Shown here: in pieces, positions 22,456-35,721 of the stretch
How positions within the stretch are numbered: the stretch's first letter is position 1
How the letters are laid out: every line of letters begins with the position of its first letter
Source of the DNA: Selaginella moellendorffii
Lineage: Eukaryota; Plantae; Lycopodiophyta
DNA: 64,000 nt
Direction: 5' to 3'
Assembly: GCF_000143415.4 (NCBI RefSeq)
Contig: NW_003314272.1
Location: 778,184-842,183, forward strand
Position numbers and translations under genes: made by a program
Notes under the pieces: model-generated
Database searches by the model: none
The model's input: only the letters and a program-made list of their open reading frames with translations
Told to the model about the DNA's origin: nothing

Positions 22456-25400
22456 TGTAGGAATAATGATGAACACGACAAGCAGTCCGAATCGTGATCA
22501 GATCTCTGGTGATTTCCGATTTGATTGAAGTTTTATATATATATACAGCCATATATGAATCAATGTGAGTTGAAGTGAAATCCGTTGTTCTTGCTCCGCT
22601 TTTCTTTCTTGGTATCGGAGCGCTGGTTTCTGAACTCTTTCTTCTCCTTTCTTTGTGCCTCACATCATGAGCTGCAGCAAAGTTGGATTGATCTTGCTTT
22701 AGGGAGTCACTGCCTTTGATGGGAGGAGAGGGTTCAACACTTGGTCCGAGAAAATGATGCGCGTGCTGCAGATGGAAGAACTCTGGGAAATCGTTTCACC
22801 ACCAACAATCGCTGCAGATGCTCGTACGCGGCGAGCCCCTGCTACGTTGGGAGCTTCAACTTCAGTGGAAGGAGAAGGCGTGGATGAAGAGGCAATTCGT
22901 GCCTCTGTTGCAGCAGCTCGACAATAGCTTGATCCAGGGGAACAAGCTGTGCTGGAGAAGAAGGAATCTCGAGCAAAAGGATTGATTCTTTCTAAGCTTG
23001 CAGATGCCCTTATGATGCGTTTGCGTCATAAGTGTGCTTGTGAGATCTGGGCTCATCTCCACAACAAGTATGCTGTTCTTTCCCTCTCCAAGATTAGCAT
23101 GGTCGAGACTTGCATTCGTGAGACCCGTTTTCATCCAGGCGAGAACTTTGAAGAGTTCCTCGCCAAGATGCAAGATCTGTGGATGGAGCTTGAAGGTAGT
23201 CCAGCAGTGTTCAACGAAAGCAAGAAAGTTCTGGCACTTTGCGAGGCCATGCAAGATTCTTCTTTTAGTTCTTTCGTCCCTACCGTTCGCATGATGTCGC
23301 TCAACTTTGAACAAGCTGAGCAAACTTTACGCTCGGAGCTGGCTGCGAGAGGTTTGATTGTGGACTTTGATCAAAGGCCTTCCCATGTTTTGATCTCACA
23401 GTCTACATCAAATGCTTCTGCATCAAGCAATCAGTCAGGGACTGATTCAGCTCTGTGGGCTGGAAATCATCGAGGCAGAGGAGGCCGCGGAAGAGGAGGA
23501 CGAGGCAGAGGTCACGGGTTTAGGGGAAATCCGCAGCAGCAGCAGAATTCAGGGAATTCTGGTAAAGAAGCAGCAGTTCGGGATTGTTTTGTGGGCAAGA
23601 ACAAACAGGAATGCTGGACCTGTGGGATGCCAGGGCACTACTCCAAGGATTGCCCAGTTGCAGCTTGGCTGCAGCGCATGAACATAGGGCTCGCAGCAAA
23701 TGCTCAGGAAGGGGAAACACAGGAACTTGCGGCATCATCTGAGGTAGCAGTTCCAAACGTTTCTGAAAAACTGACCATTGATTCAGGTTCAGAGAGACAC
23801 CTGATGCAAAGCGGGTCGAACTTTGTGCAGTTGCGTGCTGCAAAAGGGAAGTGCATTCGTGTGGGAGATGGAAGCATTTTACCTGTTCGCGCAACTGGGG
23901 ATGTGCGAGTTCCACTGGGAAGAAAGTCTCTGCTCTTGAAGAATGCGTGGTATGTTCCAAAGATAGTGAAGAATCTGGTTTCTGTAGCCAGGCTTATGGA
24001 TGAAGGTCTGGATGTGAATTTCTCCAAACATCAATGTCAAGTTCTTGCAAATGGCCGTCCATTACTGCATTTTCCCAGATGTGGTAACCTGTTTGAGAAG
24101 GAGATAGCTTCTGGAGAAAAATTGAATGCTCCTGAGATATGCATGACTGCAGATAGCTCTCTCTGGCATTCTCGACTTGCACATGCCAATCCCCCTCTCA
24201 TCAGGCGTATGCAGAAGCAAGAGCTTGTGGATGGCTTCAACGACCACGTTCTTCAAAGTTCAGCAAAATGTCACACTTGCATTCTTGGCAAGCAAACCCG
24301 TCGTACTTTCAAACCTGCTGTGACCAGAAGCACTCGTCCCTTGCAGCTCATTCACTCAGATGTTTGTGGACCCATGCGACTGTTTGCTCAGAATGGCACG
24401 AAGTATTTTGTGACATTTACAGATGATTTCTCCAGGCACACGGACGTCTTCTTTCTTCGTCACAAAGATGAAGTCTTTAGCAAATTCAAGCAATTTGTAG
24501 TAGAAGCCGAAGTGAAAACTGGTCAGAGGGTTGGTTGTTTACGTACTGATTCAGGAGGGGAATACGTCAACAAGTCCTTTCAGCAGTTCTGTGCTGAACG
24601 AGGAATTCTTCATCAGCGTTCTTGCTCTCATACCCCTCAACAGAATGGAGTCTCTGAGCGCAAGAATAGGACAATCATGAACGCAGTTCGGTGCTTCCTT
24701 CAAGAATTAGGACTACCAAAATTCCTTTGGGCTGAAGCAGTTGGATCAGCTGTGCATGTTCAAAACCTTCTCCCTCATTCTCGCAATCCCAACAAGATCC
24801 CAGAAGAGCTTTGGACTGGTCAAAGACAATCGGTGGTGCATCTCAGGCGTTTTGGTTGTTTAAGCTTTGCAAAAAGGGTGGATGAGCATCTTGGCAAGTT
24901 GGAGAGCAGAAGCAAGCTGGCCTTTCTTGTTGGATACGATTCCAATTCAAAAGGATATCGCCTGTACCAGCCTGGTAATCATCAAATTTTTGTAAGCACT
25001 GATGTTCGTTTTGATGAAGGAACACTCTACAAAGATCATGTTCAAGAAGAAGGAAGCTTAGATCAGAACATGAACTGGACTCCAGAAGAATGGAGTTGGG
25101 ATGGTGTTGAAGACGGTGATGAAGATGACGATGATCTGACAATCATCTATCCCTCATCTCCTTTAGCAGATGATCATCCAACACCAGTCTCTGGATCTTT
25201 TCTTCCTGAAGAACAGGGTGATGCTACTCATCGTGCACGAACTGGAGAAGTCGACAGGCTCACACGTGATCTACCATTCAATGTGGAGAACTATGGGCGG
25301 ACATCATCTGGACGATCAAGCAGAGCACCTCATCCCAAGCAATGGTCTTTTGCAGCAACAGAAATAGCTTCTGAACCAGTCAACTTTGAGCAGGCGATTC

Positions 25401-27098
25401 AAGCTCCTGATGCAGATAAGTGGATTTCAGCAATGCAAGATGAGTTGAATTCTCTTGATGAGAACCAGACTTATGACTTGGTGGAAGCTCCTGAAGGACG
25501 TGAAGTTGTTGGATCACGCTGGGTGTTCAAGCTTCACAGAAATCCTGATGGATCGGTACAGCGTTACAAAGCAAGACTTGTTGCTCAAGGATATTCACAA
25601 GTTCCTGGAGTGGATTTTGATGAGATGTTCTCACCAATTGTGAAGCAGACAAGTATCAGAATGCTTCTGGCTTTTACAGCGGAGTTTGGTTTGTGCGCAC
25701 ATCACATGGACGTAAAAACAGCCTTCCTTAATGGGAACTTGAAGGAGGAGATATTTATGCGGCAACCCCCAGGCTTTGAGCTTTTTGGATCCGGTTGTTC
25801 CGAACTCGTCTGCAAGCTTTGCAAGGCTCTTTATGGCCTTAAGCAGGCTTCCCGTCAGTGGTATGAATGTTTGGATTCTTTTCTTATGGATCTCGGTATG
25901 CAGAGGTTGAACAGCGATGGAAATTTATATCTTCTTCAGCAGGGTGATCACTTTGTTGTGATAGCAGTTTATGTGGACGACTGTTTGATTGTCAGCAACA
26001 ATCACACTGTTTTGAAGGATGTGAAGATCAAGCTTATGAACAGGTTTGTGATGAAGGACTTAGGAGCTGTGCGGCAGCTGTTAGGGATGGAAGTTGACAG
26101 GGATGAAGCAGACAGGACAATCACCCTCACACAGTGCCAATATGTGAAGAAGCTTCTCAACTAGTTCAATGACAAGTTGCAAATCCGTGGCTACACCAGT
26201 CGTCATTGGCATCAAGTTCACAAGCAAGATGGATGATTTATTTGATCAGCCCTTGGTCTACCGATCGCTTGTTGGAGGACTACTCTACCTCGCCAACATG
26301 ACTCGCCCTGACATCTCCTTTGCTGTTGGTCTCCTCAGCCGATACATGCAGTCTCCGAGTTGTTATCATTGGCAGATGGCGAAGAGAGTTTTGAGGTATT
26401 TGAAAGGAACGGCTGCTCATGGATTGGTTTACAAATGCTCAGGTCAATCCAAACTTGTTCTTCAAGCTTACTGCGATGCAGATTGGGCTGGCAACTTGGA
26501 TACACGACATTCAACCTCCGGAATTTGCTGCATAATTGCCGGTGCTCCGGTTTCATGGGGAAGCAAGAAGCAAACGACAGTTGCTCTTTCCAGTGCAGAA
26601 GCAGAATACGTAGCTGCCAGTACAGCAGCAAGGGAGATCATCTGGCTTCGTCGATTACTTGGAGAACTCAATCAACAGCAATCAGATGCGACCATTCTAC
26701 ATTGCGACAGCAGAAGTGCAATCGCCATGTCAAAGAATCCTGTGTTTCATGCTCGTACGAAACATATAGACGTGCAGCATCACTTCATTCGCGAACATGT
26801 AGCAGCCGGAGATCTTCACCTGGAATACGTTCCTTCACAGTATCAGTTGGCAGACCTTCTAACCAAGCCACTTTCGGAGCTCACATTCATCAAGCTGAGG
26901 AATCAACTTGGAGTGTCAAGCACACCCTCAGCTTGAAGGGGGAGTGTAGGAATAATGATGAACACGACAAGCAGTCCGAATCGTGATCAGATCTCTGGTG
27001 ATTTCCGATTTGATTGAAGTTGTATATATATATACAGCCATATATGAATCAATGTGAGTTGAAGTGAAATCCGTTGTTCTTGCTCCGCTTTTCTTTCT
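22456..27098 (+). mobile_element. Full-length Ty1/Copia LTR retrotransposon
   Basis: 154-bp LTRs 22456-22609 and 26945-27098 (one mismatch seen), TSD GCCTT on both sides, PBS TGGTATCGGAGC at 22610, PPT GAAGGGGGAG before the 3' LTR. Confidence 0.98.
22667..26936 (+). pseudogene. Copia gag-pol polyprotein, interrupted
   Basis: Gag (FDGRRGFNTW), CCHC knuckle, protease DSG, integrase (HSDVCGP, TDSGGEY, QQNGVSERKNRT), RT YVDD, RNase H DADWAG. In-frame TAG at 22700, 22925 and 26162, plus a frameshift near 26168. Confidence 0.95.
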
Positions 27099-27371
27099 GC
27101 CTTCAACTTGTTCTTCCAGGCCCAGTCCCTGTTCTTCTCGTTCCTCTAATCCCTGGTGCTCCAATCCCAGCCCTCGTTCGAAACAAGAGCAAGCTATATA
27201 CAATGTCTTAACTCTTATAGCTTCGCGAACTCTTGCGGCGTTGCCGATGCCTCCAGTGGAGCGATTCTCTCGCACCCCTCGCTCTTCGGGAATCCATTAA
27301 TTTCTTGGGAATTCACATTTCCCCAAGGTGTACCTTGGCAGTGGAAATTCAAGCTTTTGGAGGTAAAACTC

Positions 27372-27894
27372 AAGTCCCACAACCCTGTCGAGCTCCTCGT
27401 GGAGCTTGGCCATGACTCGAGGATTGTGCATCACTGCACTCGCTCACGGTGGTGGTGGTATCAGTATTAGTCTGGTAAGGAGAAGTTTTACAAAGTTGAA
27501 TTCGCTTTAACGTAAGTCTCCCCTCCAATGAAATCGAGCATGATATCGAGGAAGTCCTTGCATTCACGGGGTGTTTTGCGCTCTCCATGGGGACTACTTA
27601 CAGCTCCAGCAAAGTTATAGCTGAAGTTCTGGGGAAGAACCATGTACGGCCTGGAAGCAAAATTTAGATCATGTGTGGTGAAGACCTCTTTGGTAAGCTC
27701 CGGGCTGGAGATCAGGATCATTCCCAGCCTCAAGGAAATAATAGGACCATACTTGTTGGCTATGCGCTCTGTGCGGGCATTCCTGCTAGCAAGTGTAAGC
27801 CGTGGAGGTGGAAGATTTGAGCGAGCTTTCAAGAACCACAAGACCGAGAGAGAGTGATGAAAATTGCGGAGCTCACAGCAAGTGCTACATCCAT
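27372..27894 (-). pseudogene. Heavily deleted cytochrome P450 copy
   Basis: Matches the P450 at 54830-56389 (KARSNLPP, KYGPIISLRLG, THDLNFASRP, ECKDFLDIML) with large internal deletions. Confidence 0.9.
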
Positions 27895-28229
27895 TTCTGT
27901 GGTATTTATGTCAATCTTGCCCCACTAGAATCTGCCTGTTGCTTGCATTAACCACACAACATGAAAAGATGGTGGCAAATGCATCCCGACTCGAGCTGGC
28001 CATGCTTCTCCACAAATGCGGATGCCAGACGCATCCATCGGCATTGCGGCACGAGAAGTTCTTGTAGAAACTTACGATCGATGTGCAACCATCATCGACC
28101 CTTGGCGCCATTCGCGTTCCAAACCTTTTCTCGTGGACTACCATCCTCGCTGCGTATGCCCACAATGGGTGCATGCACAAATAAGTGCTCTTGTTTGGCG
28201 CCATACCACAGAATGTGATACCGCTATCT

Positions 28230-28545
28230 GGGGAAATGGAAGCATTAACATAGTGCATGCTGGAGTTTAGCATTCTTTCTTTCCTGGAACACAAAAGTCA
28301 CGGGATTTCAGCATATGCCTTGAGTGGGCAGCTTGAATCGAGTTTACGGTGATTGTAGTCCGTTCCGGCATAGTTTCAAACTCACGGCTTGGCTCCTTAA
28401 GTTTGCTAGATTGGCAATACACTTGCAAGAGCAAAGTCCACGACACCACGTTAGTTTGAAGAACATTTCCGTTTCTTTGTAGAGCCCATTCTCGGCAAGA
28501 GAAATCAAACTCTTTGCTTACCTTCTTAGCACGATTGTTCCTCAT
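28230..28545 (-). pseudogene. PPR fragment, second copy at about 54480-54680 (+)
   Basis: NVVSWTLLLQVYCQSSKLKEPSREFETMPER; a near-identical block lies in opposite orientation at about 54485-54670. Confidence 0.75.
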
Positions 28546-29149
28546 TTGGATAACTGTTATATGGGTTCAGCTTCTAAGGAGTACGTTACATGGATACTGG
28601 CATTGTGCTATTTAAACACGTTGTTGCAAGAAGCCAAATCACCACTGGACACTATACTTCTCTCGCCCATCCTGAACAACGCTTCAGACTTACGCATATC
28701 TCAAGGCCTTCGCCATAGGCAGCAAGCCAGGAGTTACATACCATGAAGTTATGACGAATCATATCCGCATCACGTACTTCTTGCATAAGTCCGTCCTCGC
28801 ATAATTTGGAAAGAATGACACGTTAGTTTCGGGCATCTCCGTGAAAAAATAATTCGGTTTGTTTGGAAAGCCCATTATCGGCAAAGAGTTTTTTGTGCAA
28901 AGATTTAAATCGCCCTGTTGAAGTTGATGTCCAGGATGTTAATACATCACGTACTTCACACGGCGCTTACACAATTGTCGCACCCTCTCGAGATTTTCAA
29001 AAATATTGCCTTTGCACAGCATGTGCCCGAGCCACTTGGTCTTTTGAAACGCCCTTGTGGAAGCGCCTTTGCGAGAATTCCAGCAAGAAATGTCATGGCC
29101 TACCTAGACTACAATCGCTATTTTTAAATCCGCCCACACATAAAACTTT

Positions 29150-30611
29150 GGCCATGGCTTGCAATGGGGTCTTGAGCTGCACAGTAGTGAGGAAAACCTC
29201 TTCCATGGACGGCGTTGTCCCAGGCACAAAGCTCCAATTGAAGCCATGGATGAGATTTGCCACGAGCAGCTCCACTGATCGCAATCCCATGCCCATTCCC
29301 GGACACTTTCTCCGCCCAGATCCAAACGGGAGGAGCTCAAAGTTTTGGCCTTTGACATCGATGGAGCTCCCCAAGAAGCGCTCCGGGTGGAATTGTGTGG
29401 GATTCTCCCATACTGCCGGATCCATTCCAATCGCCCATGCATTCACCAGGAGAGTGGTCCCTTTTGGAACGTGAAAACCGCCAACGGTTGCTGCTTGCCT
29501 TGAGATGCGCGGCATGAGTAAGGGTCCCGGAGGATAGCGTCTGAGTGATTCCTTGAGGACAATCTGGAGGTACTCGAGCTTTTGGAGGTCCGACTCTTGA
29601 GTGCTGCCCACAACTCTGTCGAGCTCCTCGTGGAGCTTGGCCATGACTCGAGGATTGTGCATCACTGCAACCATGAGCCACTCGCTCGCGGTGGTGGTGG
29701 TATCAGTACTGGCAATCAACATCTCCTGGGCATTTGTAGCATAAGAAATACCTGTTCAGCAATCAAGGAGAAGTTTTGCAAAGCTTACCATGAGATTCGC
29801 CTTTACGTCTCCCTGCTCCAAAGAAGTCGAGCATAATATCGAGGAAGTCCTTGCATTCCCGTGTCGTCTCCTTGTGCTCCTCAACAATCTTTTGCAAGAA
29901 CTCGTCTTGCTTGGCATGGATTCGCTTGTAGCGAGGAATCTGCCAGTCCAGCCATCGCAAGTACCAGGGCACCAAGTTGCTAACACAGGGATTGATCCCC
30001 AGCTCAAGAACATTGTCGTTGAGCTTCTTGAATTCCATGGCATGGGCATCTACGTTTTCATCACCAAAGTACCTCTTGCTCATCAAAATTCGTGATGTGA
30101 CGTTGAAGGAGAAAACACTGGCCACGTTTCTCACCTCCACAGGTTTGCCATCGCCATGGGCCTTCAAAATCCCCTCCAACGCACGAGAAAGCTCATCCCT
30201 TCTGACCCAAGAGAAGGAGTCGATACACTTGGCTGTGAAGAGCTCCATTGTACACAGCTTGCGGGTGTTTCGCCATAGCTCGCCATAGGGACTGGTTGCA
30301 ATTCCAGAAAAGTTATAGCTGAAGTGGTCGCCTGGAAGCAAAATTTAAATCATGTGTGGTGAAGACCTCTTTGGCAAGCTCCTGGCTGGAGATCACCACA
30401 GTTGGGATCATTCCCAGCCTCAAGGAAGTAATAGGGCCATACTTCTTGGCTATGTGTTGCAATGCTCTGTGCGGGGGCATTCTTACTAGCAAGAGTAGGC
30501 AATCAGGGGCAATCCCCATGGACCTGGTGGCAGATTAGAGCGAGCTTTCAAGAAGCACAAGACCAACAGAGCAATGAAAATTGTGGAGCTCACAGCAAGT
30601 GCTAGATCCAT
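29150..30611 (-). pseudogene. Near-full-length CYP71-clan P450 pseudogene
   Basis: Very similar to 54830-56389 but with small frameshifting deletions (near 30500 and 30330), an I-helix changed to ASTDTT, and a deleted C-terminal tail; heme motif FGSGRRKCPG retained. Confidence 0.92.
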
Positions 30612-30803
30612 TTCTGTGGTTCTTGTGTCAATATTTCCCTGACTTTTAAAGCCTTGTAAAGTACTTAGAAGCCTTGGAATGGTCAGTAGCTGTAGCTTTT
30701 TCCAGAAGACTAAAAAGTGACCAAAGTGTAAGTGTAAGTTTTGGTCAAATTTGTAGAATGACTTTGGATATATCTAGAATATGTATGTGTAAGGTTTGTA
30801 AAT

Positions 30804-30806
<3 letters not shown>

Positions 30807-30843
<37 letters not shown>
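30807..30843. repeat. (TA)n microsatellite inside an AT-rich repeat
   Basis: Perfect TA run; a related imperfect TA/TATG run lies at about 57285-57380 in the same repeat family. Confidence 0.9.
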
Positions 30844-30847
<4 letters not shown>

Positions 30848-32189
30848 TACCTTGGCTAGGTAATGTATTTATAAATTATCCATTTGAAACTGAATTTGGT
30901 CCATCCATTTGCAAGGGTCTAAACCCTAATTATTTCTATATCCTAAACATTCACATTAATAGAGATGAAGGGCATTGCAATTTGTTTCTAAAGGGCAATG
31001 CTTTACTCTAATATTTGGGATCATGTTTTTGTTCTTATTTCTTCATTTTCTTTTTTTATATTAGCTTTTTTGCAAGATCTAGAATTTTAGTTATCACTAT
31101 GCTCAAATCTACTTCTTCTTTCATTCTTTTCTTTTACATATCATGCCATTATTGATCAAAGAGTATGTCATTTGAGGTTACTAATGCTATTTTGTTAAAT
31201 TGAAATTTTAGTGCTATATAGTGTGATCATATTAGTGTTACACCCATCCTTGGTGTGTTGCTAACAGTTTTCAACTTCCATAAAATTACATAGTTTGTTT
31301 TGTTCTTGGTGTTTTACCATTTCCCATTGATGTGGAGTGTGATTGTGATATTGATTGGTGAGTTATAGATGATGCAGTCTGGTTCTTGAAGAATATTTGA
31401 GGATCAAGTTTATATGTTTACAAGCTTAAATGGATTCTAGGTTATGATGAAGCACTTGATTATTATGGAGATAGCTTTAAAGATGAATTGGAGATTTTAT
31501 AGGGTAGGTGTCAATCTTTTAATACCATTTGATCCTTTTTTTTTTACTTTCTGCTCTTTTTTAACCTTCTTTTATTTATCAGTTTGAGCCACCTTTTCAT
31601 ATTTTTACTGTTCCTTTTTTGTCTGGAATATTTCCTTTTCCTAACACATTGATCATTGATAACTTTTATAATTCTCATTCTCAATCCAATGTTGAGTTAA
31701 ATGTTTTCTATCTTCCGCATACTAATCTGGATCTTGAGTGTATGCAGGAAGTTGAGAATCTTATTTTTGTTTCTTTGGCAGAGTCTTTGATCAATTTTGA
31801 TATTGAATATTCCTATATTCCAAAGGTTTAGTCACTTTGGCTAGAATTTTAGGTTGTGTTCCCACTTGTTAATGCTCTTAAGAGCCTTTACTTTACTGTT
31901 ACTACTAAGGAGTTTATATATTCCCTTGAGAGTGTGGATGTTATTATTGATTTTCTTGTCTTAAGTGGAATTATATGTTGAGGAGGTTTAGCAATATAAA
32001 TCTTTTGCTTATATTGTGGTGGCCAAAGTATTTTATAATGAAAAGTCTTTTATTTTCCAAGCTTTGATCATATTTCCTTCTTTTAATTTCTTTATTTCTG
32101 CATTTCCCACTGTTATAAATTTTTTTCCAATGCTTCTTTATTCACTTTTTCTTCTTCTATAATGGTTTTTTCTCAATTTTTTCACTTTT

Positions 32190-33536
32190 TCCTTTTTGCC
32201 TCGACACTTTAAACTTTTTTTTTCTTTAGACAATATGGATTGTGGAGTGAAGATAAGTATAACAAGTTCGAATGGAACATTTAACCTTAACGTAATGAGG
32301 TTGAATAAATATGATAGTGGAGTGAGGCCAAATATAGATGGCAGAGTGAGGACAAGAGTAGCAAATCCAAATGAGGCTAGTGCTTTATAACTTTTTTTTC
32401 TTTTGAGGTGGGATAAAGAGGATATGGAAGACAAATGGAGTGAGTCAGACCTCCCATGTGCAATGTTAAACAAAGATGAAGATCATAAATCTAAGTTAAC
32501 ACAAGTCTTGAATTAATGTTCAAGTTCCGGGAAGATAACCACACCTAAGAAGATGCAAAGGTAAGTTTTACTTATGGTTATAAGTCCGAGTTAATAGTTA
32601 TTTCAAAGGATTATTGGCGAACAAACGTGAAGGTAAGATGTATTATTTGTGTTAATGGCATTTTATGGACTACAATAGTTTTTGAAGTCCCTTGTTTTGG
32701 TTCAAAGTTATAGCTTCATAGTTGGTTTGAGCATTTGGCAATTGTATATAGAGTTGCAATTGGTACATTAGAATTTCATAGTTGATTAATATTTATGCTA
32801 TGGCTTTGGGTTTTGTTTCAATTATAGTTATCAACAACTTTATTGGTGGTTTTGTGGGAGCTTCAAAATTTTGTGGTAGTTTTTAATTGCCCAACAGAAG
32901 CTCTAAATGTTCCATCTGACTTATTGTTATCTTCTAGAGGGGAAGATGGTGTAAGATTTATAAATACATATGTGTATATACATATATTACCTTAGCTAGA
33001 TAATAAACTAATTATAGTAATATAGTATATGAATCATCTATTTGGGACTAAATTTGGTCTATCCATTATTTTTTATATAAACAGGGGTCTAAACCCCAAT
33101 TAATATACCTATTCTCATATCCTGAGCAATCATACATGGATATTTTAGGATATTTTATTATCTACTGGTTATTATTTATTTAGATTAATTTATATTTATA
33201 ATTTATAAATATATTTATATGAGTGCATTTGGCAAGTAGGGAGTGTGATGTTGTAGGTAAAAAAAGTAGAGCTACAAGCCAAAGCCATAGCTAAAGCCCA
33301 ATTTGAGCTTGCCCCACATATAGTATACTACATGTAAAGCACTCACTCCCTTGGATTTAAATCTGGACTTAGACTCCACCTATTGAATATAGAATTGGAA
33401 TATAGAAATGTATATATGAATTAGCCTAAAAAATTTAGCTTATATATAGAAGCGAGTCATTTGGATTGAACTCAATCCAATAGCTATTAAAATCCTATTA
33501 CACTAATATTAGTATATGACATCGTAGCTATACACG
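32190..33536. mobile_element. Degenerate AT-rich repeat, probably an old LTR element; copy at about 56480-57810
   Basis: Shared blocks (attaccttggctagg, gggactaaatttggtc, ggggtctaaacccc) at about 30790, 32950 and 57390. A purine tract precedes TGTAAG near 32950. Confidence 0.55.
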
Positions 33537-35721
33537 TGTGAGACACAAATCCCAAAGCCCCAAAGTGGAGTCGAAAGGGTGCCACATAATAGTGGCCAAA
33601 GCAAAAGCCAAACGAGCATAACACATTTGGACTAAAAGCTCTAATTTGAAAAGTCAAGAGTGGGAGTGGAACTCCCAATGAGGATCCGAGATGGAATCTG
33701 AGATGGAGTCCGAGGTGGACCCAAGATGGATTCGAGATGGAGCCTGAGATAAAGTCTAAAATGGACCTAAGATGAAGTCCGAGATGGAGTCTGAGATGGA
33801 ACTGAGATCAAGACCGAGACCAAGTCCGAGTCCAAAATCGAGTATGAGTCTGAATACTAATATAGACTGTTGGGTGAAAGCCCAAAGCAATCATCCCCCA
33901 GAGGGGCAAGATGGGTGGGGCTGTAGGGGGTTCCAAAAGTATAGTAGTGAGAGTGTGGGGGTTGGACCCCAGTGAAGCCAGTTTGGCCCAGGAATGCCAT
34001 ACCTAGATGTTAGGTGATGAGATGACCACTAGGAAGTCTAAAGCTAGAGTGAATACAGACTAACAAATAGGATAACTTGGTGAAGTGTTCAAATAGTTCC
34101 CTTGAGAGATCAAATGATCAATGCTCCCAGTCCAAGTGTGGGTGGCACTACCTACTTGGATATCTAGTGTGGCTCAACAGAACCTTGCTCTAATCCCATA
34201 GTTAGAGCACCCAAAGGTGGAAGGCAGGGAAAGTACCCATGAGGCCTGCATAAGGCCATGGTGTTCCGAAATGTTATCCCAAAGTCCTAGATTGTGGAAA
34301 GGAAGAAGAGTAGTCTTCTGGTGTGGTGATAAAAATACAGTCACACAATGAGGATAGTGGGACTTAATGGTCAAGCCCGTGGGCCTTGATCCAGAGGCAA
34401 TGTTAGCGAACATGGCCATAGACAGAAAGAGACTTGGTAGGGACTGTAAAAGGGATATTGGGGAAGGTTGTACCCCATGTCTGCGGGCATCTTAAGGATG
34501 CTAAGGAGTGAATTTGGGATGATCACTCATGGATGGATGGCCCAGTCTTTGAGAGACGGGACTGTGATGCAGGTGGTGTTAGACTGCTGGTGTGACCAAG
34601 GTAAATGGGCATGGCCTTAGCATAACAGGCTCATATGTCAATGGTACCTTGGGGTGTCAACCATGGGATTGGACACGTGGAGCACTTGGACCAAGTGTGA
34701 AGGTTGAGTGGCGTGGATACCATGCTCAGGGATAGCAAGCCCTAAGTCCGGAAAAGGATTTGTGGAGGTTGTGAGTGAGACTCTTTCAAGTGGTCGAAGG
34801 TGTGGTTAAGTAACTAAAGTAGAATGGAAAATTTAATCACTTACAATTTGGTATTGGAGTTGTTCTTTAGTTTGACTTTTATTTGTGCTCAAGTATATCA
34901 CCACTAGTGTTGGTATTGAAAGGTCCTAGGAGTGGGCCTATCCTTGAGGAGTAGCAAGTCAGGGAGACATAACTCTCCACTGTAGTTCATGTATGAACTT
35001 GTAAGCGAGGTGGTAGATAGAAAAGGGCCAATAATGGAACGGCTTTAGGATCTTGGGAACAGTTTAAAGTTTTCCTCAGAGTGTTGAGGATGTGATCTAG
35101 ATGAGCGTTTAACTTAGCAAACTGGCTAATGTAGTTCTAGTAAACAATTATAGTTGGGATCACGGGAAATATAAAGACTCCAAAATAATAAAGGAGTCAT
35201 AAAATTATCCTCATATAGTTAAGGCTGGTGCTCATGAATTTGAGACCGAAATTAATGACCATGAGAGGTCAAATATAGATAAGGATACGAGTCCTTGAAA
35301 TAGTAGCTGGGGCTACCTTTTATAAATGATTGAACAAACCCAAGGAGTTGGGGGGTGTGCTGAGAGGATGAGTCGGTATTCTCATCATATGGACTGATAG
35401 TCCTAAGGGGCAAAGGTAACCCATAGGGAACGGAAAATAATCAAGTGTTAAAGTAACATTTGGAAAGATGGTCTTTATGAGTAGGATATGAATACACGAA
35501 GTTGTATTCTAGCGAGTTGGCACCTCAAAAATAAAACTTTTCATGTAATTGGATTAGCAAAGTCCAAAAATGCTGGATGACTTAAGTAGAGTCAAGGAAT
35601 AATCCTAAAGGATTGGTAAAAAGCATTTGGACTAAAGTGTGTTGTGCCCCACAAAGGATGAGGAGGATTATATGATCCAAGTATGAGAATAGTGGGTATC
35701 TCATTAATGGCAAAATGTGCC
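33537..35721 (+). mobile_element. Old truncated copy of the satellite-LTR family (LTR 33537-34844 plus start of internal region)
   Basis: TGTGAGACAC start, ...CACTTACA end, degenerate PBS TGGTATTGGAG; interrupted by the next copy. Confidence 0.85.

Noticed and set aside
1-30611. Biosynthetic gene cluster (GPAT, GT77, ALS, P450) or a cuticle cluster (GPAT with a CER7-like gene)
   Set aside because: No signature scaffold enzyme, housekeeping genes are interspersed, the nearby P450s are pseudogenes, and there is no co-expression evidence. An ALS self-resistance role is unsupported.
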